A stretch of DNA of 63,613 bases, counting the filler, from Candidatus Woesearchaeota archaeon (lineage in GTDB: Archaea; Nanobdellota; Nanobdellia; Woesearchaeales; BM511), in assembly GCA_023266675.1 (NCBI GenBank). It is 4 parts of 4 records of this genome, joined end to end, with 100 filler letters (N's around TTAATTAATTAA, not from the genome) between each part and the next. Parts side by side here need not be neighbours in the genome. Positions count along the whole stretch, not along the records: positions 1 to 20,465 come from JAHFPP010000019.1; 3 more parts are not named here. The stretch is one strand, 5' to 3'. Every line of letters begins with the position of its first letter. The stretch's first letter is position 1. Positions 1 to 9,268 of this stretch are shown here, piece by piece. The notes under the pieces were generated by a model. The model did no database searches, was not told the DNA's origin, and was given only the letters and a program-made list of their open reading frames with translations. Made by a program: the position numbers and the translations under genes.

Positions 1-392
1 TAATACATTTTTATGTCAGTATTATTCCTGTTTTGGGTAATTAGGGATTTGTCAATCCTAAATTTGATAACTATATCTCTTATTGAGTCATCTGATATGC
101 CGAATTTCCCAATTGTTATGTATTGAAAGGCATTGTCAATTTTGGGAATTGATACCGGATTTGTTTTTTGTGACTCAATTATTAGTTTGGCATTATTAAG
201 TTCAATATTGGTTTCAAAATTTATTTGCGTTATGGATGTTTCAATGCTTGATAGAAAAAAAATGTGCTCACCCGCAGGTTCATTTGACCACAGTTTAGTT
301 GAACGAGAAATTGGATTGTCTAAAGAATATACTAAAGATGACACTAGAGCAGTGATTACTATAAATAGTAAAAGCTTCCACCTCTCTTTCAT
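1..392 (-). CDS. Secreted protein, possibly PGF-pre-PGF-like (3' end runs off the window)
   Basis: Read by hand from ATG at 392: MKERWKLLLFIVITALVSSLVYSLDNPISRSTKLW...AFQYITIGKFGISDDSIRDIVIKFRIDKS; signal peptide, open to window edge; not in the ORF track. Confidence 0.6.
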   Translation of the reverse strand, partial: MKERWKLLLFIVITALVSSLVYSLDNPISRSTKLWSNEPAGEHIFFLSSIETSITQINFETNIELNNAKLIIESQKTNPVSIPKIDNAFQYITIGKFGISDDSIRDIVIKFRIDKSLITQNRNNTDIKMY

Positions 393-436
393 AAATGTTA
401 AGTTGTATTCATATTATTTAAAAGTTGCTATAATCT

Positions 437-597
437 GGCTTTGTAGAAATGTTATATTTGCCGTAAATTTTACGAGCGATGTAATCAATTTTAGAAGTAA
501 TTGTGGATAGGGATGTTCCTTACGGGAGGGAATGCAATAAGAGAACACATCAAAAGAGCGAGTTTTACGCAAAAAATGAAAACATTTCTACAAAGCA
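437..597. mobile_element. MITE (non-autonomous IS derivative)
   Basis: 16-bp perfect TIR GCTTTGTAGAAATGTT (438-453) / AACATTTCTACAAAGC (581-596), flanked by 8-bp direct repeat TATAATCT (429-436, 598-605). Confidence 0.7.
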
Positions 598-831
598 TAT
601 AATCTATTTTTTGAAGAATTAGTCATGTGCAATAAGCATATCTGAATCGTTACATATTATGGTTTCAATAAAGATGCTGCTAATTAATAATGGAGAAACC
701 AAGTTAATTTTGTTATCCTTAGTATAGATTAAGATGATTATTTCATATTTTTAATCACATTATGGCAATATTTATAAAGGAATTCCTATTAATTGAGTGT
801 ATAATTAGAGATAATAGACAATGGGGCATTA

Positions 832-2190
832 ATGGCTATACAATATATTCAGCAAATAATCACAAATATAATCCTGTTTTATGAACAATTAGGAACTATT
901 GTTTATAATTATTTCATAAACTATTCACGATTAATATTGGATGTGATACACCTTGTTTTTTATAGAGGTTTCTATGTTTTGCTTGTCTTTACAATATTTT
1001 TAACAACATTGTTTTTGTTAATTGCCCTGTATGTGTTCTTTAAAAAAAAGGAAAAAGAAGGAAAAAGCGATAACAAAGAATTCCCGTTTATAACAGTGCA
1101 GATACCAACGTATAATGAGATTGCTGCATTAAACTGTGCAGAAAGATGCTTAAGATTTGATTATCCAAAGGACAAGTACCAGATAATTATTGGAGATGAC
1201 AGTTCAGATAAGGATGTGTCAGAAAAAATAGATAGCTTCGCATTAAGATATAAAGAGAATGTGATTGTTACAAGAAGAGGTTCAAATGTAGGATTTAAGC
1301 CTGGAAATTTAAATTATATGCTAAAATTCACAAAAGGCGAATATATAGTTATATTTGATTCTGATTTTTTACCTAATGAAAATTTTTTAAGGGAAATAAT
1401 CATTCCTTTTTTAAAAAATAAAGACGTTGCTGCAGTTCAGGCAAGGTGGATAATTAAGAATTTTTCACAGAATATGTATTCAGTTGTTGGTGGTATAATC
1501 CCTATGTTATCACACCAATTGGCGCTTCCTTTCCTAAAATATTTTAAAAGCAACGGATTTATTGCCGGTTCAGCTGAAGCTATAAGAAAAAAAGATCTGA
1601 TAGAACTTGGCGGCTGGCAGGAAGGGTCGCTGACAGAGGATATAGATTATTCATTAAGACTAACAGCTGCAAATAAGAAGATTGTATATCTGGAAAATCT
1701 GCATTGTGAATGTGAAGCGCCATTTACGCTAAAAGACGTTTCAAGACAGCAAATGAGATGGGCATATGGAGTTATTAAAGCATTTAAAAAACATTTAAAT
1801 TCAATAGTTTTCAATAATAATGTTTCATTTAAAACCTCATTGAATGCTTATCTTCTGGTTTTAGGATATGCTGTAACTTTACTGTTTTTTTCATTATCTG
1901 TTTTCGGTGTATTTTCAATAATAAGTGCAAAGCCAGAACCAATTCTGTGGGGGAAATTATTTTTTGAGATGGGAAGAAACTTTTTATGGACATCAGGATT
2001 TCTTATTTCAAGTGTTATAACCATTTCTTTATCAAAAAACATTAAAGAGATTCCAAGGACCGTGTTTGCTTCACTAACTGTAGGGTTGGTTGTTATTTTT
2101 AAGGTAACTCTTGGAATATTCAAAGCATTATTTAACAGGCCAATGAATTGGTATATGCTTGAGAAGAACGGAAATAAAACAGACGTATGA
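832..2190 (+). CDS. Processive GT2 glycosyltransferase (cellulose synthase-like)
   Basis: QIPTYNE, DDS, DSD, TED, QQMRW motifs; TM helices. Confidence 0.9.
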   Translation: MAIQYIQQIITNIILFYEQLGTIVYNYFINYSRLILDVIHLVFYRGFYVLLVFTIFLTTLFLLIALYVFFKKKEKEGKSDNKEFPFITVQIPTYNEIAALNCAERCLRFDYPKDKYQIIIGDDSSDKDVSEKIDSFALRYKENVIVTRRGSNVGFKPGNLNYMLKFTKGEYIVIFDSDFLPNENFLREIIIPFLKNKDVAAVQARWIIKNFSQNMYSVVGGIIPMLSHQLALPFLKYFKSNGFIAGSAEAIRKKDLIELGGWQEGSLTEDIDYSLRLTAANKKIVYLENLHCECEAPFTLKDVSRQQMRWAYGVIKAFKKHLNSIVFNNNVSFKTSLNAYLLVLGYAVTLLFFSLSVFGVFSIISAKPEPILWGKLFFEMGRNFLWTSGFLISSVITISLSKNIKEIPRTVFASLTVGLVVIFKVTLGIFKALFNRPMNWYMLEKNGNKTDV

Positions 2191-2501
2191 TTTTAATGGC
2201 GAAACATGAAAATAAGAACAAGATAGCTGAAAAGAAGGATAAGTTTGATGCAAAGTTATCATTTATATTAAGTCTTGGGTTTGTTATACCTTTGTTTAAT
2301 ATTGGGCTGTGCATTGTTTCTCTGGTTCTTGCAATAAACTCGATAAGATATATGCGCAAATACCCGGAAAAGTATGAAGGTCTTGGTTATGCAATAACTG
2401 CTATAGTAATTAGCCTGTCTACGCTGATTTTATCCATAATCTTTATTATAATATACATATATAGAAAAATGACTTGTGACATGATTCCAAAGATAATTTA
2501 A
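2187..2501 (+). CDS. Small membrane protein (DUF4190-like)
   Basis: Two TM segments with G-G-AI-A pattern. Confidence 0.6.
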   Translation: MILMAKHENKNKIAEKKDKFDAKLSFILSLGFVIPLFNIGLCIVSLVLAINSIRYMRKYPEKYEGLGYAITAIVISLSTLILSIIFIIIYIYRKMTCDMIPKII

Positions 2502-2509
2502 TCCTAAAA

Positions 2510-3787
2510 CTATTTCTTAAAATACTTTTTTTCAAAGATAATGTAGTCTATAACTCCGATAATGACTATAAGATTAATGAGGATTGTGTATGGGAAGTAG
2601 AATATAAGCGCTAATAATTTTTTGAGGTTCATTTTTTCCCCGAATAGATAAATGGAATATATGATGATGAATACTGATATTATTCCTGCAAGGACCCCAA
2701 AAAGGCTCACAAATGATATTCCCCAAACAGGAACCATATAAAGGACTTTAATTGCCCCAAATATGCTAAACCAATTAAATGTATACATGAAGATATTAAA
2801 AAAAGAGTCATTATTGAAAGGAAGCCAGTAAAAGAACTGATAGGCGATTAATGGAAGTGAGAGGACGGCATAAATGCTCCACCATATCTGATTTATGAAG
2901 AGATAATTTATTGAAAAATTTGTTTTTACTGAAAATTTTGTTCTATGCTTTTTTAAGACCTGTAGTACCCCTACATACCATCTTAATCTTTGTTTTATAT
3001 AACCAAGTATTGTTAAAGGGACAGTTGTATAAGCGTATGCGTCTGAGACATTTAGAGAGTTGAATCCTTCACCGTATATTTCAAGCGAGATATCAATATC
3101 TTCGCTTTGTGTGTCTTTTTTAAACCCGCCAATTTTGTTTAATACATCTTTTCTGTAACATGAAAAGGCGCCAAGAAACCAGCTGACATTTGAGAAAACA
3201 TCAGAAAAGCTTTTTCTTATAATATTTATATAAGGATATTCAACATCTTGAAAAGCGCCAAGTATGCCTTTTTTGTTTTTAACAAGACATGATCCTGTTG
3301 TTGCGCCAATTGAATTATTGTAGAACGGGGCTATTATTTTTGAGATGGAATCATTTTTTAGTACAGTATCTGCATCGACAAGCAAGATATAGTCATGTTT
3401 TGATATTTTTAGGCCAAGATTAAGGCTTGCAGATTTACCTTTGTGATTTCCATTTATTACAATCAGTTCTTCATGTTTTTTTTTAAGATTTTTTAGAAGT
3501 TTTGAAGTATCGTCTGTACTGCCATCATCAATTACTATTACTTCATATTTTGATTTTGGGTAAGATGATGAGAAAATTGATGTTAAGCAATCTTCAATAT
3601 TCTTCTCTTCATTATATGCAGGAACAAGAATGCTTATGTTTGGTTCGTATTTTTTATACTTCCTTTTTTTGAATAGTCCTATAATTATTATAATTGTCAT
3701 GAACATTATCATTGAAAACATGATAAAGAATGTTATTATGCTTATGTTTAGTATGATGTCTTTCGAATAAAGTTCTATATTAACCAT
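2510..3787 (-). CDS. Processive GT2 glycosyltransferase (PgaC/IcaA-like)
   Basis: PAYNEE, DDGSTD, DAD, SED, QRLRW motifs; C-terminal TMs. Confidence 0.9.
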   Translation of the reverse strand: MVNIELYSKDIILNISIITFFIMFSMIMFMTIIIIIGLFKKRKYKKYEPNISILVPAYNEEKNIEDCLTSIFSSSYPKSKYEVIVIDDGSTDDTSKLLKNLKKKHEELIVINGNHKGKSASLNLGLKISKHDYILLVDADTVLKNDSISKIIAPFYNNSIGATTGSCLVKNKKGILGAFQDVEYPYINIIRKSFSDVFSNVSWFLGAFSCYRKDVLNKIGGFKKDTQSEDIDISLEIYGEGFNSLNVSDAYAYTTVPLTILGYIKQRLRWYVGVLQVLKKHRTKFSVKTNFSINYLFINQIWWSIYAVLSLPLIAYQFFYWLPFNNDSFFNIFMYTFNWFSIFGAIKVLYMVPVWGISFVSLFGVLAGIISVFIIIYSIYLFGEKMNLKKLLALIFYFPYTILINLIVIIGVIDYIIFEKKYFKK

Positions 3788-3963
3788 ATCTTATTAAAAA
3801 TTGTATGTCTCATTTAAACTTTGCTGTTATACCTAGTTATGGTATCATATAAGGTATCATATTAATAATTCTAAAAAGATACATGAAGATTCGTGTTTAA
3901 AATGATTCAAATTAGGCATATACCAAAACATTTATTAAGCAAAATCTTTCTCAAAGGTATATT

Positions 3964-5754
3964 ATGGGTGAACAGACAGTTAATTTAAATAACTTTTCAG
4001 GTACTGATAAGACTGTAAGTAAAGGAGTAAGTAAAGAGGATAATGATAAGAAAGAAGTAAAGCCGATTGCTGCCAAAAACGACACTGTTTCAAAGGCTCA
4101 TGAGATGGCTAAAGGGCAGCGTGATATTTCTGTTGCCGAGTTTTTTGAGAAAAACAGGCATTTACTTGGGTTTGATAATAAGAGAAAAGCTCTTTTGACA
4201 ACTATTAAAGAAGCTGTTGATAACTCACTAGACGCATGCGAAGAAGCAGGAATATTACCTGAAGTTCATGTTGACATTGTTGATATGGGTAATGACAGGT
4301 TCATGATTAAAGTTGAGGATAATGGCCCTGGAATCGTAAAAAAACAGATTCCAAGCATTTTCGCAAAGCTTCTTTACGGCTCAAAGTTTCATTCATTAAA
4401 GCAGTCCAGAGGACAGCAGGGTATTGGTATCTCTGCAGCAGCGCTTTATGGACAGCTTACAACAGGTAAACCAATTAGAATACTTTCTAAGATTGGACCG
4501 ATGGAGCCTGCGCATTACATGGAGCTTCATATTGACACTTCAAAAAATAAGCCAGAGATAATAAAGGAAGAAGTCCGCGACTGGTATAAGGAGCACGGAA
4601 CAAAGCTAGAGCTTGATATTGAAGGAATCTATCAGAAGGGCGGTCAGTCTGTTGATGAGTATATGAAGCAGACAGCAATTGCTAACCCTCACGTGACACT
4701 TGTTTACACTAATCCTAAAGCTGAGCAGATAATTTTTCCAAGAGCAACTGATGAGCTTCCAAAAGAGGCAAAGAACATCAAACCTCACCCTTATGGAATT
4801 GAGCTTGGTATATTGATAAGAATGCTTGCGCAGACTGAAACAAAGACTCTCCAGCAGTTTTTAACAAGTGAATTCTCAAGGGTTTCGCCTAACAACGCAA
4901 AGCAAATATGTGAAGAGGCATCAGTTCTTCCGAATACATCTCCTTCAAAGGTTTCAAGAGAAATGGCTGAAAAGCTTATTGAGGGAATAAAGAAAACAAA
5001 GATTATAGCGCCGTCAACGGACTGCATCTCACCAATTGGCGCAGAACAACTTAAGAAGGGTCTTAAAAAAGAGATTAACGCAGAATTTTATACTGCTGTA
5101 ACACGTTCACCTGAAATTTATCGAGGAAACCCGTTTGTCATTGAAGCAGGAATCGCTTATGGCGGAGACCAAAAAGCTGATGGTTCAATCAATATTTACA
5201 GATATGCTAACAGAGTGCCATTATTATATCAGCAGGGAGCATGCGCTATCACTGATGCTATTCAATCAACCAACTGGAAGCCTTACGGACTTCAGCAATC
5301 AGGAAATTCAACACCACAGGGCCCAATGACTATAACTGTTCATATGGCGTCTGTCTGGGTGCCTTTTACCAGTGAAGCAAAGGAAGCTCTAGCTCATTAT
5401 CCTGAGATAATCAAAGAGATTAAACTAGCTATACAAGAATGCGGCCGAGACCTTGCAAGCTATGTGATGAAGAAAAGAAGAGTAAAAGATGAGTTTAAAA
5501 AACGAAGTTATATTGAAAAATATATCCCTCACGTTGGACAAGCTTTGCAGGAGATGCTAAAGCTTAGTGATATTGAAGAAAAGAGAGTTGAAGGAAACCT
5601 AAAAGAGCTTCTTGAAAAAAGCAGAGGAAAACTTGATGATGTTGACTTTGACCCAGACAAGAATGAAGAGTATGATGAAAATTTTGCTAATATAGGAAAA
5701 GAAGAAACAGAAAAAGAAAGCAATGAAGAAGAGAAAGAAAAGAGTGATGAATAA
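3964..5754 (+). CDS. top6B: DNA topoisomerase VI subunit B
   Basis: GHKL motifs EAVDNSLDA, DNGPGI, SRGQQGIG; RYANRVPLL. Confidence 0.97.
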   Translation: MGEQTVNLNNFSGTDKTVSKGVSKEDNDKKEVKPIAAKNDTVSKAHEMAKGQRDISVAEFFEKNRHLLGFDNKRKALLTTIKEAVDNSLDACEEAGILPEVHVDIVDMGNDRFMIKVEDNGPGIVKKQIPSIFAKLLYGSKFHSLKQSRGQQGIGISAAALYGQLTTGKPIRILSKIGPMEPAHYMELHIDTSKNKPEIIKEEVRDWYKEHGTKLELDIEGIYQKGGQSVDEYMKQTAIANPHVTLVYTNPKAEQIIFPRATDELPKEAKNIKPHPYGIELGILIRMLAQTETKTLQQFLTSEFSRVSPNNAKQICEEASVLPNTSPSKVSREMAEKLIEGIKKTKIIAPSTDCISPIGAEQLKKGLKKEINAEFYTAVTRSPEIYRGNPFVIEAGIAYGGDQKADGSINIYRYANRVPLLYQQGACAITDAIQSTNWKPYGLQQSGNSTPQGPMTITVHMASVWVPFTSEAKEALAHYPEIIKEIKLAIQECGRDLASYVMKKRRVKDEFKKRSYIEKYIPHVGQALQEMLKLSDIEEKRVEGNLKELLEKSRGKLDDVDFDPDKNEEYDENFANIGKEETEKESNEEEKEKSDE

Positions 5755-5756
5755 AG

Positions 5757-6878
5757 ATGCCTAAAGAGAAAGATAAGAAAGAGAAAATTATGATTGAAAA
5801 TGAAGTTACTGATAAAATAAGAAGTAAAGCCAGAGGAGTATTTGATGACATTATCTCTTTAAAGCTTCCTAAGATGGAAATCCCTATTCGAAGCCTTCAA
5901 AACGTTGAGTATAATGAAGACAAGGGACACTTTGTCCAGATGGGTAAGATGAAGGAACGAAATTTAACTGCATCAACAATCAAAACATTTGCGCAGACAC
6001 TTAGAATGATGAATCTTTCACGGGAAATCGTTGGAAACGATGACATCGCTACAAAGAGAGAAGCGTATTACGTCTCCAAGAACTGGGGAGAAGCAAGGTT
6101 TAACGAGCAGCCTGAATCTGACGCTGTTATGGATGATATTGAAGCTATGATGGAAGTTAACCGAGAGCAGATTGGTTTCATCCCTGAAGAGAAGGGAGGC
6201 GAGATTGCCGGCGAATTAATCATTGTTGACAGAGACCCTGAAACTAAAAAAGAGTTAAAGATTGACTGCACAAAGATGGGTTCAGGCGCTTACGCTGCAC
6301 CTAGCTCATGCGAACACTTAAAGTTTGAAACAAAAGCAGATTTTATTTTAGCAATAGAAACAGCAGGTATGTTTCAGCGACTAGTAAAACACAGATACTG
6401 GAAAAAAGCAAACTGCATATTAATCTCAATGGGAGGAGTCCCAACACGAGCTTGCAGAAGATTTATAAGACGCCTTAGTGACGAGAAGAAACTTCCTGTT
6501 TACGCATTCACAGATGGAGACTTTTACGGATTCATGAATATTTATAGGACTCTAAAAGTTGGTTCAGGAAACGCTTCGCATATTAATGAATTTTTTTGTG
6601 TTCCAGAAGCAAAGTTTATTGGCGTAACCCCTCAGGACATAATTGATTATAATCTTCCTACGCATCCGCTTAAAGAAGTTGACATTAAAAGAGGAAAAGA
6701 CGCAATTAAAAACGACCCTTTCGTTCATGCGCATAAAGAATGGCAAAAAGCAATTGAACTGCAATTAAAACTTGGCAAAAGGGCAGAGCAGCAGGCGTTC
6801 GCAGCTTATGACTTGAACTATGTTATGGATAAATATTTGCCTGATAAACTCAAAGACAGAAAGACATGGCTTCCTTAA
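5757..6878 (+). CDS. top6A: DNA topoisomerase VI subunit A
   Basis: Spo11-like TKREAYY, AIETAGMF, TDGD toprim motifs; follows top6B. Confidence 0.97.
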   Translation: MPKEKDKKEKIMIENEVTDKIRSKARGVFDDIISLKLPKMEIPIRSLQNVEYNEDKGHFVQMGKMKERNLTASTIKTFAQTLRMMNLSREIVGNDDIATKREAYYVSKNWGEARFNEQPESDAVMDDIEAMMEVNREQIGFIPEEKGGEIAGELIIVDRDPETKKELKIDCTKMGSGAYAAPSSCEHLKFETKADFILAIETAGMFQRLVKHRYWKKANCILISMGGVPTRACRRFIRRLSDEKKLPVYAFTDGDFYGFMNIYRTLKVGSGNASHINEFFCVPEAKFIGVTPQDIIDYNLPTHPLKEVDIKRGKDAIKNDPFVHAHKEWQKAIELQLKLGKRAEQQAFAAYDLNYVMDKYLPDKLKDRKTWLP

Positions 6879-7678
6879 TCTAGCGGACTTTTTATATTCT
6901 CAAATCTTCTTGTGTCCATATTTATGTATGCTTTTCTTGTTGTCTCAATATTTGAATGTCCTAAAAGCGCTGATATATCATGTAGAGGAACGCCGTTATT
7001 TAGAAGGTGAGTTGCGTAGCTTGCGCGAAGCATATGAGGATAAACATTTTTTTCTACACCTGCCTTTTTTGCTGCATTTATGATTATTAATTCTGCCGTC
7101 CTTATTGATATGTGTTTTCCTTTGTTATAGGATGATTCAAAGAGATAATCAGATACCTGATAATCTGAATAATCATTCAAAAACCTGTCTGAGAGTTTGA
7201 CAAACCTGTCTTTTTTTCCTTTTCCCTGCCGAATTATTGCTCCATTTTCTTTTTCTAAAATATCCTCTTTTCTTATCCTGACTGCTTCGCCGACTCGCAG
7301 GCCTGCAGAGTATATTAACTCAATCAAAAGCCGATGCTTAGAATTGGTAGTAACTTCAATCATCTTTATTATTTCTTCTCGCTTAAGTGTTTTTACGATC
7401 TTTTTTGGAAGACGCGATCGTGAAAAGTCTTTCATGATGTTTCTTTTCATTATTTTCCTGTAATATTTTGTAAGCGCGCTTATCGCAAGCCTTATTGTTG
7501 TTGGCTTTGCAGAATTCATATTAAGATGCAGAAGATATTTTCTCACATCTTCATTTGTCACCTGATGTGGCTTTTTTTTAGCAAACTCCAAGAATTTTTT
7601 GTTGTGATAAACATATGCATCAATTGATTTTTTACTGTCATTTTCTAAAATCATCTCTTCTCTTAACACTTCAAACAT
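6875..7678 (-). CDS. Tyrosine recombinase, integron-integrase-like
   Basis: Likely ATG 7678 after GGTGA RBS; SAM-like N-domain; catalytic R (GLRVGE), K (GKGKK), HMLR, LGH, Y; ends IKSPLD; adjoins a cassette array. Confidence 0.9.
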   Translation of the reverse strand: MFEVLREEMILENDSKKSIDAYVYHNKKFLEFAKKKPHQVTNEDVRKYLLHLNMNSAKPTTIRLAISALTKYYRKIMKRNIMKDFSRSRLPKKIVKTLKREEIIKMIEVTTNSKHRLLIELIYSAGLRVGEAVRIRKEDILEKENGAIIRQGKGKKDRFVKLSDRFLNDYSDYQVSDYLFESSYNKGKHISIRTAELIIINAAKKAGVEKNVYPHMLRASYATHLLNNGVPLHDISALLGHSNIETTRKAYINMDTRRFENIKSPLD

Positions 7679-7703
7679 TTTGTTTTCACCTTTTTTAAAT
7701 AGC

Positions 7704-7818
7704 GCTGCGGCCGGGATTTTCACCCAGGCAACAAGTATTGCGAGTAATTTGAACCCAGATACCCTTGTCGGGCAGTGGCGTATCAAACCACCGCGCTACC
7801 AGGTTACGCTACCGCAGC
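7704..7818 (-). tRNA. tRNA-like element (GAU/Ile anticodon) with 47-nt variable region
   Basis: Acceptor GCTGCGG/CCGCAGC, D-arm GCGT-AACCTGGTA-GCGC, anticodon arm GTGGT-TTGATAC-GCCAC, T-arm CTGGG-TGAAAAT-CCCGG; atypical T-loop and insert. Confidence 0.6.
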
Positions 7819-7904
7819 ATAATAATGAAAATATAATTTTCAAACTTTACTTTTCGGCAAAGTATCGACATAAGTTTTATATATTTGATAACACTAATAT
7901 GTAT

Positions 7905-7942
7905 TGGCGTATCAAACCATTGCATTACCGGTTATGTTACCG
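7905..7942 (-). repeat. Degenerate copy of the 5' half of the tRNA-like element
   Basis: TGGCGTATCAAACCA identical at 7776-7790 and 7905-7919; similarity continues through the D-arm. Confidence 0.65.
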
Positions 7943-8194
7943 GCTTTTTCTTTTTTTAATTCTGAAGAATCCATTTATATATCTCACGCGAGCATGTCCA
8001 GTGTCCAGTGAAGCACTTTGTCGTCGATAACTAGCTGTCCAGTGGATTAACATTTCTTCTGTTCTTATTCATTTTAGCCTCAAATTTCAAAGACTTTTGC
8101 AAAAAGCGTTCATTGTTTGTTCTGATTGAGAATCATAAACCAACATGAGCCCTTTGCAAAGTATGAGTTATAGAAAAAATTTGAGGTTATAAAA

Positions 8195-8413
8195 ATGAAT
8201 AAAGAAAAGATAAAAGGATTAATATCAATGTATGACATGTTATTTGACGACTATTCAAGGCAGATGCTTTGGGTATGCAATAAAGAGTTCTCACAAAGAA
8301 AAAAACGCGCTATATCGGCAGATATCACAGTAAGAATGTTCTTTAAGCTTCTCTATGCACACACCTACCTTATGGAAGAGGCGGAAGAAACAAAAACCCC
8401 AAAAGAAGTTTAG
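8195..8413 (+). CDS. Hypothetical 72-aa protein
   Basis: GAGGT RBS and ATG; no recognisable family. Confidence 0.5.
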   Translation: MNKEKIKGLISMYDMLFDDYSRQMLWVCNKEFSQRKKRAISADITVRMFFKLLYAHTYLMEEAEETKTPKEV

Positions 8414-8485
8414 GGCAGTTTTTATTTATAAAACTTGCGCACGCAGTAATTCACGACAAACATCAAAAACCTTCGTCTAATAGAT

Positions 8486-8492
8486 GTTAAGT
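8486..8492 (+). other. First crossover core site GTTAAGT (attI-like or half attC)
   Basis: Preceded by CTTCG...GA-TGTT like the right arms of downstream sites, but no matching left arm seen. Confidence 0.55.
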
Positions 8493-8513
8493 TCAATATT
8501 ACTCGGGGGCGAT

Positions 8514-8762
8514 TTAGAATTCACCACGAAATGTTGGTCCATGACATTTGGGGCATTTTACATCTCTATGTATATCTGCAGCGATGTTACAAAAAGGACA
8601 ATATCTTCCATCATCTTTTGTTAAATCTCCCAAAGATTCTCTAAGTTCTGATAACTTTGCGCAATCTTCTAATATCTGTTCTTTTGTACGATTTTTATCT
8701 CCAACATTTATTACCTCAAACCATGTAACACCATATGCAACGATTTCGTTTTGATTATTCAT
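8514..8762 (-). CDS. Cassette 1 gene: small Zn-ribbon protein
   Basis: CPFC...CPKC; TTTATATA box upstream. Confidence 0.75.
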   Translation of the reverse strand: MNNQNEIVAYGVTWFEVINVGDKNRTKEQILEDCAKLSELRESLGDLTKDDGRYCPFCNIAADIHRDVKCPKCHGPTFRGEF

Positions 8763-8870
8763 GAATTATAGAATGATTAAATATTATATAAAAAGATTAC
8801 TATTCTGCCCCCTGCGTCATACTCTGCGTCGCCTTCGGCTCCTTGTCTCGCCCACTTTGTAGGCTCAAGA

Positions 8871-8990
8871 ATATAACACGAATTTAGCGGTTCACTTCGG
8901 CTCGCCACTTTGAAGCTTCGCCTCCGTTCTCCCAAATCCTTTAATGTTGCTTCGCAACTTAAATGACATCGCTAAATTCGTATGTTTCTC
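8871..8990 (+). repeat. attC-like site 1
   Basis: AACA-CGAATTTAGCG ... CGCTAAATTCG-TA-TGTT; CCCAAAT at 8931. Confidence 0.8.
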
Positions 8991-9268
8991 AAAATTTTTC
9001 GTCTCCTTTACAGCTTCGCAAAAATTATTTTATTCCGCCACCTTCGTTAAATCTACCGACGAGAAGACAAACTAAGAAATTCCTTGCACTTCTTATAACA
9101 ATGATTTAACGGCTCGCTACGCTCAACCTAAATTTTTTCTTATCAACACGGAAATCAGGGGTAAACTTAATAAAGTACTATTTTTGAACATAACCTTTAT
9201 ATACCAGTATTACATTCCCATAATAAGGGAATAGTGGAGTACTATACCTTATACAAATTATAAGCAAG

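Noticed and set aside
3841..3862. GGTATCATAT tandem upstream of top6B
   Set aside because: Two 10-mers only; could be an operator but has no further support.
6875..7678. Integrase as housekeeping XerA with a dif site
   Set aside because: No dif-like 11-6-11 site was recognised and the cassette array argues otherwise; not fully excluded without a phylogeny.
7679..7786. 36-aa N-terminal extension of the integrase in the ORF track
   Set aside because: It overlaps the tRNA-like element; the GGTGA RBS supports ATG 7678.
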